Both the position numbers and the translations under genes were made by a program. The notes beneath the pieces are model-generated. The model worked only from the letters and a program-made list of their open reading frames with translations. It was not told the DNA's origin and did no database searches. A DNA stretch of 64,000 nt from Eledone cirrhosa (taxonomy: Eukaryota), in NCBI GenBank assembly GCA_964016885.1, contig OZ024748.1:58528001-58592000 (forward strand), in the 5' to 3' direction. This document shows, in pieces, positions 14,563-26,069 of this stretch (position 1 is the stretch's first letter; each line of letters opens with the position of its first letter).

Positions 14563-14929
14563 ATAATCTCGAGAACTGTTTTCCAATTGTTACCGATGTC
14601 GCAACTTCATGACACATGTCTGCCATTTCTGGAAGCATTATATTCTGATGTTAACATTGCAGGGCTTCGTTGTGTCACTTTTACAAGGTTTTGTTGAAGA
14701 TTATATGTACTAATAGAGAATTTGAATTTCTTATCAACATTGTGATTTGAATTTTAATCTCTCCCTCGATACGGAGTGAAGTTGCATACATTCTTAACAA
14801 TAGAACCATCTGCGTACCCATTGTTGACATGGACTTGCTGCCAAAAGTACTGATTCCAGCTTTGAATGACTGCTTTCTGGTGTGTGAGTAGATTTGAAAC
14901 CTTTCAATAATGAATCAACTTTATTATAT

Positions 14930-15054
14930 ATCTGAGTTCAAATCCCGCCGTGGTTAACTTTGCCTTTCATCCTTACGGGATTGATAAAATAAAGTACCAG
15001 TAATATACTGGGTAATTGCTGGCCTTGTGCCAAAAGTAGAAACAATTATATATA

Positions 15055-15139
<85 letters not shown>

Positions 15140-16593
15140 ATGTATGTATGTGTATGTGTGTGCGTGTAGATACAGAGTAATATAGGTGCATAACCGAAGT
15201 TAGAAAGGTTACTCTTTGCATTATATATATATATATGTGTGTGTGGATTGGGGGGTGGGGGTTTGTATGTGTGCGTGTTATTAATTGTTTCCACTTTTGG
15301 ATGAAAGGCAAAGTTAATCTCAACGAGATTTTAACTCAGATCATAAAGGGCAGTAACTCTATGCTGGAAAGCATGGCGTCCGACCCTCTCCCGATACTGC
15401 CAATCCACCACCATATATATATTATATATATATATATATATACAACACATTATATATATATAATTGTTTCTACTTTTGGCACAAGGCCAGCAATTTCCCG
15501 GTACGTTAGTGGTACTTTATTTTATCGACCCCGTAAGGATGAAAGGCAAAGTTAACCTCGGCGGGATTTGAACTCAGACCATAAAGGGCCGTAACTCTTT
15601 GCTGCAAAGCATGGTGTCAGAGCCTTTACCGGTACTGCCAATTCACCGCCCTATATAACACATTATATATATATCTATTGTTTGATGGATGAGGGTGGTG
15701 GATTGGCAGTATCGGTAGAGAATAGGCCGCCATGCTTGCCAGCATAGTGACGTCCCTTTACGGTCCGAGTTCAAATCCCGCCGAGGTTAACTTTGCCTTT
15801 CATCCTTACGGGGTCGATAAAATAAAGTACCAGTAATGTGCTGGGTAATTGCTGGCCTTGCACCAAATGTAGAAACAATTATATATATAATTGTTTCTAC
15901 TTTTGGCACAAGGCCAGCAAATTCCCCAATACATTACTGGTACTTTATTTTATCGACCCTGTAAGGATGAAAGGCAAAGTTAACCTCGGCGGGATTTAAC
16001 TATAAAGAGGCGTAACTCTTTGCTGCAAAGCATAGCCTCAAACCCTCTACCGATACTGCCAATCCACATAGTTGTCTGAACACTTTTGTTATCTTCCTTT
16101 ATTCACGTATTATTAATGCAAGGGCGGTGGATTAGCTGTATCGGTAGAGGTCTGACGCCATGCTTTGCAGCATCGAGTTGCAGCCCTTTACGTTCAGAGA
16201 TCAAGTCCCGTGAAGATTAACTTTGCCTGTCATCCTTACCGGGTCGATAGAATAAAGTACCAGTAATACACTGGAGGGATTGCTGGCCTTGTGACAAAAG
16301 TAGAAACAATTATTAATGCAAGAAATATTTGCAGGTAGCATTTATTCAAGCACCTCCACAATAACAAAATATAAATATACCACACATTTTATCTATATAA
16401 TTTATTAATAAAAGTTTCTTTGATCCCATTTCTTGAGCTCCTAGTCCCTCTCCTATATAGTTGTTTCTACTTTTAGCACAGAGCCAGCAATATATCCAGT
16501 GCATTACTGGTACTTTATTTTATCGACCCCGTAAGGATGAAAGGCAAAGTTAACTTCGGCGGGATTTGAACTCAGAATGGCAAGGACCGTAAC
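14930..16593. mobile_element. Cluster of seven SINE copies in mostly alternating orientation
   Basis: Approximate copies: 14930-15050(+), 15283-15412(-), 15461-15652(-), 15691-15882(+), 15887-16067(-), 16122-16312(+), 16459-16593(-). Confidence 0.9.
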
Positions 16594-19500
16594 CTATATA
16601 ATGGTAGTTAGAAACACTCAAGTGATCTGGAGAGCCGAAGGTCATCAGAGAAGTAATTCCCGTTCAAGCAAGTGTTTGGGGCTTTAAACGTAGTATTATT
16701 TGTTATGCTATATGTTCTCGGTGGTAATAAATAAATTAGTTCGTTTGTCTAATAGCCGCTTTTATTTAGTATAGTAAATATTATTTACTACCATAATAGA
16801 ATGATTACATTTCTTTTGCAAGACAATATTTCACAGCTAGATAGCATTATCACACTTCTTGCTTTCCCTTTACAACTGAACTCACAAGTATATGATCTCT
16901 TATGTGTGGAAAGGAATTGAGCCGATTATCATGTCAGACTAAATAAATTATCGTTTCAGTTGGCTTTCTGATGTTCATACTATCTGCCAGTCACAACCAC
17001 TGACTAATTCGTCGATACTGTTTCGGTGACAGGAGGAATTCTCCCGTTGTAGGTAGTGGGATTTTGACATACTGGGGCGGAATAGGTACATAACTTATAA
17101 ATACCCAAAGGGGGAAAGACAAATTTAACCTCAGTGTGATTTGAACTCAGACCGCAAGGGACCAGAGGAAATACCAAAGGATATTTTTATCCAACAGTCT
17201 AATGACTCATCGAAGATTACATACGCGATTGTCAGGCAATATTTATTAGACTGTAGCAACATGTAGAACTTTCTTCAACTTTTAGTGTGATTATTCGTTC
17301 TTTAGATGATATTTAAAGGTAAATTACTAAGAGACAGAAACCGTTAATAGGTGTTTCTGTTTACACACATCTCGCTTTTATTTATAATACGAAACGTTGT
17401 ATCTGAATGTTGTATCTTTAATGATATTTATGAAGATTAGTTTTTAAAATTTGCCTCCTATTTACAGGAGACTGAACAAGAATTTAAAGGCCCCTTCTTT
17501 GAATTTGATATTTATGGGGACAATGTGATTTACCTGCTAAGTAAAGCAGATTTGGCATCATGTTAATAGCTCTTTCGTTGATGTTTGTATCATTGATACT
17601 TTTGTTCACAATTATTAATTGCGTTGCATAGGTCTCCGTTGTCAAGATAATTGTATGAAATATAATGCCATGTGTATAATAGGAAGGTCAGTTAATCAGA
17701 TTAGTTTTCAAATAAGCAAAATGGGAATAACAATTGGGAGTTATCCTTTGTTATTCTTCAACATTTGTGCATTGTACGTATATACAATGTTCTCAGAATT
17801 TCCAATTAAAACGCCTCTGATTATCTAATTTATCCCGTGCTTGTGATTACATCAATACTGAGAGTCACCTTAGAAGAATTGAAATTATTCAACGTTACTA
17901 ACTCGTGTGTAAAGCTATTACTCATTGGCAACATTGCAGTATTCAATTTTAAGCAGATGCGATGTTTATACAGGAAATGTAGCGGCTTTGTTTCATTGTT
18001 ATGTTTAACATTTGTCGCTCACCCCCATAAATCTCTCCCAGAGTATTGCAGTAGACTAAGTTATTTAAAATAATAAACAGCTTATTTTGAATCATACTTT
18101 CTTAGAGCATTATTTCCTGTGTTGTCTTCAGCACATGTGAAAGTATTTACTAATCAAATTCAGCAAAATAAGCTTCTCTTTTATGCAGTTGTATACTTGT
18201 ATATTCATGACTGAATATTTATGTAAAATTTCTCTTTTGAAATATAATAATTTTGTATCTTCTTAATTTACTAAAAACGAATTTGAATGAAAGCACTGAA
18301 AATTTGTCAACACTAAAAGCAATGATCTCCAGTTCAATTATGCAGCACATCATTATTTTTTACACATCTTTTAGAATACCCTACACCCTTATCTTGGCCA
18401 AGTTTTGATTTTACTTGGTGGTCAAGTGTTGTGTTCTTGTGCAGAACAACTTATTTCAGTTTACTCCAGTCTATCCAGCTGCCATGCATGAATTGTATTC
18501 AATAAAATGACCCTTGTCACACATTTATCACATTATATCTTCCGCAGAAATATGTTAAGAGTTAACGTTACTCCGGAATGCTAAGCCACCTACATTCTAA
18601 AGTAAGATGGCTTGTACCAGAAACTCAAATTTGACAGCCTTTTCACACGCCTTGCTACTCTGAAACCCCATCAGGATTAGGTTGAGAGTGGACTATGCTT
18701 CTCGTCATGCCCTTACATTCATTCAAACTTTATATAAACACAGGCGTGTGGCCGTGTAATTTATGCCGACACAGAACATCACCAGTCTCTGAAATAAACA
18801 GTTTACAAGTTCCCCCTCTTGTTTCAGACTCTACGTTATGAAACGCTCTCGATTTGCTATCCCAACAACCCCACATTTCGGTTGATAGTATACAACACTC
18901 TCGTTGGATCCTTAGATAAAATCAGCTTGTTGTTCTTTTCCTGCAGTATTTATAAAATGATAGGGAAAAACTAGATTATGACACTGACTAAATACATTAT
19001 TAAAATAAGAAGGCAAAACATCCAGTTGTCGGATTGTATTAAATCTTTAAATTTCTATTAGATTCTAAACCGAAAGAAAAAAAGCAGCTTTCTAGATATC
19101 CTTACGGCAATTTATAATCTAATAAGCAGAGTCAATGTTGTGAAAGCATTGTTCTCTTTTAAAATTATACACAATGGAAGGAAAACAAAATATCCCGATT
19201 GTTATAACGGTTTTATGACGAAATGATGGGGAGTAAAAAAAATAGGTAACTGATTTCAATTTGAAGCCGAATGATAAATACTAAATAAACCGATAACATT
19301 TCTGTTAATCATACCGATTCAAGATAACGAAATAACCATGCAAATGAAATAAATCGTTTAATGAGATTTTTGTAAGAAATATAAAAAATTAAAAAAACTG
19401 ATATCCAGAAAAATAAATCGTATATTTTTTCCTCTTAAATCCTTGAAAAGACAAATATGCAGAGAAAATCCTCGCCACTATCTTCGCCATCATCCTGATT

Positions 19501-19639
19501 AATATCTTTTATTTGGCTCATAAACATCCTCTTTACTAGTAACAAAGGAACATTCTATAGCAGTCGTAATAAATAATACATTTTAAAATAGGCTCATATG
19601 ACAAATATGATCATGATAATAATCATAATTGCTGTGATG

Positions 19640-20430
19640 ATGGTGGTGTAGCTGTTGTTGTTGTGTGGAGGGGGGGGGGGGGGGGAGTTCATGCGGATGA
19701 TGTTGAGATTTGTGATGGTCGTGGTACTGGTGCTACTAGCAGTGGTGCGGATATTGACGGTGGTGGTGGTGATGGTGGTGGTTATGATTGTGCTAATATT
19801 TTTGTTGGTGGCGGTGGTGTTGGTGATAAAGGTAGAGATCGTGGTGATGGTGGTGATGATGCTGATAGTAGTGCTGTTGTTGTTAGTGGTGGTGGGGGTA
19901 GAGGTGGAGTCCTCGGTGATGGTGGTGATGATGCTAATTGTAGTGTTGGTGGTGGTGATGGCTTTGTTGTTGTTGTTGCTGGTGGTGTTAGTGGTGGATT
20001 CCTTGGTGATGGTGGTGATGATGATGCTAGTAGTGTTGTTGTTGGTGGTGGTGTTAGTGGTAGAGTCCTTGGTGATGGTGGCGATGATGCTAATAGCAGT
20101 GTTGGTGGTTGTGGTGGTGGTTGTGGTGCTGGTTGTGGTGGTGGCTTTGTTGGTGTTGTTGGTGGTGGTGTTAGTGGTGGATTCCTTGGTGATGGTGGCG
20201 ATGATGCTAATGGCAGTGTTGGTGGTTGTGGTGGTGGTTGTGGTGGTAGCTTTGTTGGTGTTGGTGGTGGTATAGGTGGAGTCCTTGGTGATGGTGGCGA
20301 TGATGCTAATAGTAGTGTTGGCTGTGGTTGAGGTGGTGGTGGTGGCGGTGATGTTGATGCTGGAGGTGGCGGTGGTTGTGTTGATATTGTTCGTGCTGCT
20401 GTTTTTACTAATGCAGGTGATGATGCCTAC
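19640..20430. repeat. Compound GGT/GAT/GTT triplet minisatellite with a higher-order unit
   Basis: The motif cct(t/c)ggtgatggtgg(c/t)gatgatg recurs at ~19911, 20001, 20067, 20184 and 20283. Confidence 0.85.
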
Positions 20431-20901
20431 GTATGCAAATGTTGATAACATTTTTACATCATTTACATTACCACCCAAATTAAACTCATCTTTATCAATA
20501 CAATTATCGTCGAAATCTTGGATCTAGAATATTTCGCATTAACACGACAAAAGATTCAATATGCTAAATGTTCGTAAAAACCATACTATGCTACAACCAC
20601 ACCAACAGACGAGAATTTATTGAGTAAATGCTTTAAGACATCTGGAAGTTTGGTATTTGCATTGGACTCTCTATAAAGGTGAATACCGTGAATATCGGAG
20701 TAGCAACGGCTGGTGGGCGCTGCAGGAATATAAATCTTGGTTACGTTTATGTATAGAGCAGAGAGATGAAGTGCCGTAATACATTGAGTGTATGTGCAAA
20801 TAATTATGCTATATATATATATATATATATATATAACATATATATATATAAAATAAAGTCAAATAAATAAGTCAAATGTTTAAAATTTGGCTTCGTTTAT
20901 T

Positions 20902-20956
20902 ACTGCTATATATATTTCGGTGACAGCCATCTTTGGCTGTGACCTCTTCAGGCAGT
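20902..20956 (-). ncRNA. Type I minimal hammerhead ribozyme at the PLE 3' terminus
   Basis: actgc-CTGAAGA-ggtcacagcca-aaga-tggctgtcacc-GAAA-tatata-TA-gcagt-AATAAA. Stem I 5/5, stem II 10/11, palindromic stem III. Confidence 0.9.
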
Positions 20957-22269
20957 CCGAATTAGTATGGTAGAGACAAGTACACATGTTGTTGAGGTAT
21001 ATAACTTTCTCAATACTCTGATATGCACAGTTCCTGGTTGGGTTGTTATTTCACTGAGGAACTGGCATGATATGAATTTAAACAAACGAATTTCAGTCAA
21101 ACGGCCTCTTCTCCTCTTATTGGTCAGTTGTTAGAACATTCCTCAGTCAAAAGTCAATAGAAATTCGTTCTGAGGCAAGCCAATCTGCAGTTTTTGTTCT
21201 TATTATTGTTAGGTACATCTTATCTCTATTCTTATGTTGGTAGTGGTGTTGTTGTTGGAGTCAGCTAAATAAAAAGGTGATAAAGTGGTAGAAGGAACAA
21301 GAATGGTAAAGGAACAAAATAAAATAAAATAATCGAATAAAATGTGTGTGTGTGTGTTCTACCCATCTTGGTAAAGATTTGTAAGGTCAAACTTCCCATT
21401 GGTCAGTTTTGAGAGCATTCCTCCGTCCAAAGTCTATAGAAATTCTTTCTGGGGTGAGGCTCCCTGTCGTGTTTGTGTTTGCTATTGTTAAGTAGATCTG
21501 ACTTCTACCCTTATTTTGGTAGTGTTGTTGGTGTTGTGGTCAGCTTATGTCTTGCTGCTGCTGACAATTTAGAAGTATCTGTGTGTGTGTTTCTTCATCC
21601 CTCCTGCCACCATCTCCCGTGGTGGCGGTGGTGGTGAGGGAGGAGGGGGGGGGGGGGTGTTCTGCCATGTATATGAAGAAATAGGAGGCAATAAAATGAA
21701 GAAAACAGAAAATTAATGAAAAAGTAATGAAAAATGAATATGGAAAATGAAAAATGAAGATGAAAAGTGAAAAATAAAAATGAAGATTCAAATAAAATAA
21801 GATAAAATGTGTGTGTGCTATAACCAATCTCAAGGTCAGAAATATGTTGTATAAAGTAGTAGGAGGAACAAGATGGTAAAAGAATAAAACGAAATAGGAT
21901 AATCAAATAAAATGTGTGTGTGTTATAACCAATCTCAACTTAAATATAAATATAAGGTGATAAAGTGAAGAAAACAGAAAACAAATAACAAATGAATAAT
22001 GAGAAATCAAAAATGAAAAATCAAAAATCAAGTAAATTAAAATGTATGTGTTATAAAGATGTTGATCAAATTATAAAGGCTGTGTCAGAATCAATCTCTA
22101 GGCTATCATGGTGTCTGCTCAGCCTGGGGAGTTCCCAACCTATGGTGTTATTACTGCCCATATAGCTTGAGGGAGGTCTAGCCGAGAGGTGTCCATATAG
22201 CTTGAGGGAGTTCACACCTTATTGTGTTGCTACTGTCCATATATCTTGAGGAAGGTCCCGGCCATGATG

Positions 22270-23060
22270 TGTCTGTAGTCGGTTCTGAGGTTTATCAGGC
22301 CGCTTACACCTTTTAGTATCTCGAGGGTCTCGTTCAGACATAGTTTGCATATGCAAGATCCCCCTTTATCGGGTGGTACTTTCCTGATTATGTCCAGGCC
22401 AGAGAGTAAGGGGTCCTGTCCAGCTTAAGCTTCCAGATCAGGTCGGAGAGAGCCGTACTTTTCCTTTTAGCCTCTTTATTGAAGGAATGGCGATGGTTAT
22501 ACCAGCGGTCTTTAAAGCTCGTTGATGTGGCTCCTATGTAGAGGTGTTCGGAGTTGGGGGTTTTAACCCTACAACCATATACTAGGTTCTTATTAAGACA
22601 TTCATTACCAAGGGGGCATGATTCGGGGTTTCTGCAGTTGCTGAGGGTAGTCGACCTCTGCGTGCCTAGATTGGGGTTCCCGTTATGTGTTACATGGTGG
22701 ACTTCCTCCAGGCAGGGTGGGTGGGTCCCCGGGTCTGTTTGGGTTTCTTGGGTGGGCACTGGATCCCCCCTTCCCTCCTTTCACATGGTACTGCTGAGTG
22801 CTTGTATTGCCATATTCTGGTTGTGTGTGGTTTTTAAGCCTACTCCTGTTGATGCTACCTATGTGTTGGGCCAGATTTCTCGTGGTGGAATACGAGTACT
22901 TCACAGTGTATCTGGTGAAGATCTTGTGGTATTATGGTCCCTCGGGAAGCATTTATCAAGTGCTCCAAAGAATGATCGGGCCAAGCTGTTCTTTAGGGCC
23001 ACTGAGTAGGGTGGGTTGTACCACGTGATTTTTCTGTGTCTCCTCCTATATGTGTGAGTC
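22270..23060 (-). pseudogene. PLE linker plus GIY-YIG endonuclease, disrupted
   Basis: ORFs 22901..23344, 22683..22904 and 22388..22759 carry consecutive PLE motifs in different frames. After a stop the frame continues as CICKLCLNETLEIL. Confidence 0.85.
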
Positions 23061-23573
23061 GGGGGCGTCGTGAGTTGTTGGAGATGTGTTGGGTTGCAGG
23101 TGGTTCCCGCATTGTTGCTTCCCCTTTGGGCGCTATGCGTTTTGCTATATTTACAGCCCGAATCTGTGGGGTGGTCGTTGCCCGCGCTGGGAGATCTACC
23201 GTGGGGTGTTCCCCCGTTGCGCCCCCCCCCCCCCCCCCCACGTGTCCTGCGGTTGGGGTGGTCGAGCCTGGGGTGGTTAGCATCACCCCTGAGACTGCTA
23301 CTCATATTGGGTTTCATCTCATGATTAAGCGTACTCGTCACCAACGCCCGTGTGTTGGTGTCGGGCTCATGTTGCCTATTTGTTTCTGTTCTGCCTGTAT
23401 TGTTAGGGTTCAGAGGACAACGCGGGTGTGGGTGTCCGTTGGGTCATCCCCATCCCGTGTTTCGGACTATGTTATATTTTGGCCATGTGCCGCCTTATTT
23501 AACAATAACCAAACCAATCTGCATACTGAGGTGTTGGTATACAACCAACATATACTCAAAATTTATATATATA

Positions 23574-23869
23574 TTTATTAAAATAACAGATTAAAGTTTA
23601 AGCAAAGAATCGCTGCTTTCACCCTTAACGGGATCTTCTGAGACTAACAAAGTCAATCTGTGAAAGCAGAACGTTTTTTGAAATATTCACTTCTGCGTTC
23701 ACATATTGACTTTGTTAGTTTCAGAAAATCCCGTTAAGGGTGAAAGCAGCGATTCTTTGCTTAAACTTTAATCTGTTATTTTAATAAATATTTGCGGTTC
23801 TTATGTATTTGATATATATTTATCCTTATCGAGCCCTCTTTGGATTTTAGTCTTCAAATTTATTATTAT

Positions 23870-23873
<4 letters not shown>
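23574..23873 (+). mobile_element. Ultra-short PLE-like insert: inverted partial terminus, direct terminus and tail
   Basis: 23574-~23670 is the reverse complement of ~23691-23790. A further ~85-nt tail runs to (TA)n. Same family as 62671-63125. Confidence 0.8.
23595..23645 (-). ncRNA. Hammerhead-like motif, U4A (CAGAAGA) family
   Basis: agtct-CAGAAGA-tccc-gttaa-gggt-GAAA-gcag-cgattct-ttgc-TT-aaact. The plus-strand mirror at 23717-23767 has CAGAAAA. Confidence 0.6.
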
Positions 23874-23903
<30 letters not shown>

Positions 23904-23964
23904 GTGGAACACTGGAAGGTAATATCCGTAGTGGTAGAGCACTCAGTCCATGGGACGAGTTAGG

Positions 23965-24236
23965 TAGAAGTCGTTACACAACAATTAGTTCAGCATACCG
24001 AGAACAATTGTTTCACCTTAGCGGATCTTCAGCTCGGAATGGGCATGGTTATAGGAACAGGAAGGACAAACGTAGTATTGCGTCTAGTATTTCCTGTGTG
24101 AATAGATCGGGTTTCTGCGCATGCGCGTTCGTACGGTTGTCCTCCCTGTTCCTATAACCATGCCCATTCCCTGCTGAGGATCCGCTAAGGTAAAACAATT
24201 GTTCTCGGTATGGTGAACTAACTGTTGTGTAAACAC

Positions 24237-24241
<5 letters not shown>
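23965..24241. repeat. Palindrome with ~110-bp arms between (TA)n tracts
   Basis: 23965-24074 versus 24132-24241 reverse complement, with several mismatches. Confidence 0.9.
23998..24037 (-). ncRNA. Type I minimal hammerhead ribozyme (40 nt)
   Basis: ccgag-CTGAAGA-tccgctaaggt-GAAA-caattg-TT-ctcgg. Stem I 5/5, palindromic stem III. The mirror at 24169-24208 is mutated (GAAA to AAAA). Confidence 0.8.
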
Positions 24242-24299
<58 letters not shown>

Positions 24300-24389
24300 C
24301 ATATATATATGAACCAATTGTTAGTATGGAGATGATGGACATTATCATGCTGCATCCGCCCGCCTACGTAGTATCTCTTATGTTATATC

Positions 24390-24438
<49 letters not shown>

Positions 24439-24668
24439 AATAGATATATGCATATATTACTCTTCCCCCGCACATTTCTATTAAAACAAGATCGAAGCAT
24501 TGATATATATAGATAGATATATATGTCTTCAATTGAGCACACAGATGTGACTTTGATATGTGTTCAATACGCACAGCACAATAATTTCAATCAATATTCA
24601 ATATGAAAGTATGACTACGCGGACAACATTTTTCGAAATATTGCCATTATCTGATGTATATATATATA

Positions 24669-24751
<83 letters not shown>

Positions 24752-25284
24752 GGACAGAGTGATATGAATATATATCATATTTATATTATATTTATATATA
24801 TATATCTATTATGTTTATATTATATTTACATATATATATATATGTGTGTGTGTGTGTAAATATAATATAAATATATTACATATATACATATCCCTCTCTC
24901 TCTCTATCTGTATATATAAATATATATATATATATATGCGCGGGGGGGGGGGGGGGGTATGTATGCGTTTGTGCCTATATATATATATTTATATATATAT
25001 CTATATTCTGACGTTTCTGAGATTATTGATAGAATATTATATTGCTAAAGGAATTGAGAAAAAAACATTTAAGAAAATAATATTTACGAAAAAGTTATGT
25101 ATAGATTGATACGTGTTTTCTCCGATCATTGGTCGTTTTTTGTTTTTTTTTTGTTATTAACTGAAGAATAAATAATTTGCGAAAGTTAATTTGATTAACC
25201 GATTGAATTGTTACCTCAACACAAGATATTATTATTTTCTTCTTTTCAATGGCGATGTTTATTTTCAATTAATATTAGCGAAGT

Positions 25285-25357
<73 letters not shown>

Positions 25358-25399
25358 TGTGTGTGTATATATATATATATATATATGTATATATAAATA

Positions 25400-25476
<77 letters not shown>

Positions 25477-25638
25477 ATAATCGATATCTATCCGTAAAAA
25501 ACAATTTCAAGTCAGATTGTACTTAAAGTTTTATATATTATATATTATATTTTATATGTTATATTTGCCATTCATTTTTCCTATCTCTATCTGTTCATAT
25601 GGCTTCTTGCTTGCTCATCCACTCACCTGATTCTCTGC

Positions 25639-25671
<33 letters not shown>

Positions 25672-25741
25672 GATATATATATATTTATATACACACACAT
25701 ATATATATATGTATATATACATTTATATACATGTTTGATAT

Positions 25742-25799
<58 letters not shown>

Positions 25800-25864
25800 T
25801 TATATGTATAAACATTTATATATATTTATACAGACACACATATATATATATATATATATACATT

Positions 25865-25947
<83 letters not shown>

Positions 25948-26011
25948 ACATATATACATACATATATATATATAAATATATACGTATATACATATATATA
26001 TATATATATAT

Positions 26012-26068
<57 letters not shown>

Positions 26069-26069
<1 letters not shown>

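Larger units (their letters stand above)
20851..23563 (-). mobile_element. Penelope-like element: GIY-YIG region, long 3' UTR and HHR-containing terminus; no RT recognisable
   Basis: Frameshifted peptides RHRKITWYNPPYS..LARSFFGALDKCFP, KYSYSTTRNLAQHI, NCRNPESCPLGNECL and LVYGC..YIGATSTSFKDRWYNH. Flanked by (TA)n on both sides. Confidence 0.85.

Noticed and set aside
15691-15790. tRNA-like A and B boxes
   Set aside because: This is a SINE head with no cloverleaf and an over-long box spacing; it is not a tRNA gene.
14930-16593. Repeat-spacer-like clustering suggesting a CRISPR array
   Set aside because: The repeats are ~190-bp SINEs in mixed orientation in eukaryotic DNA, with no cas genes.
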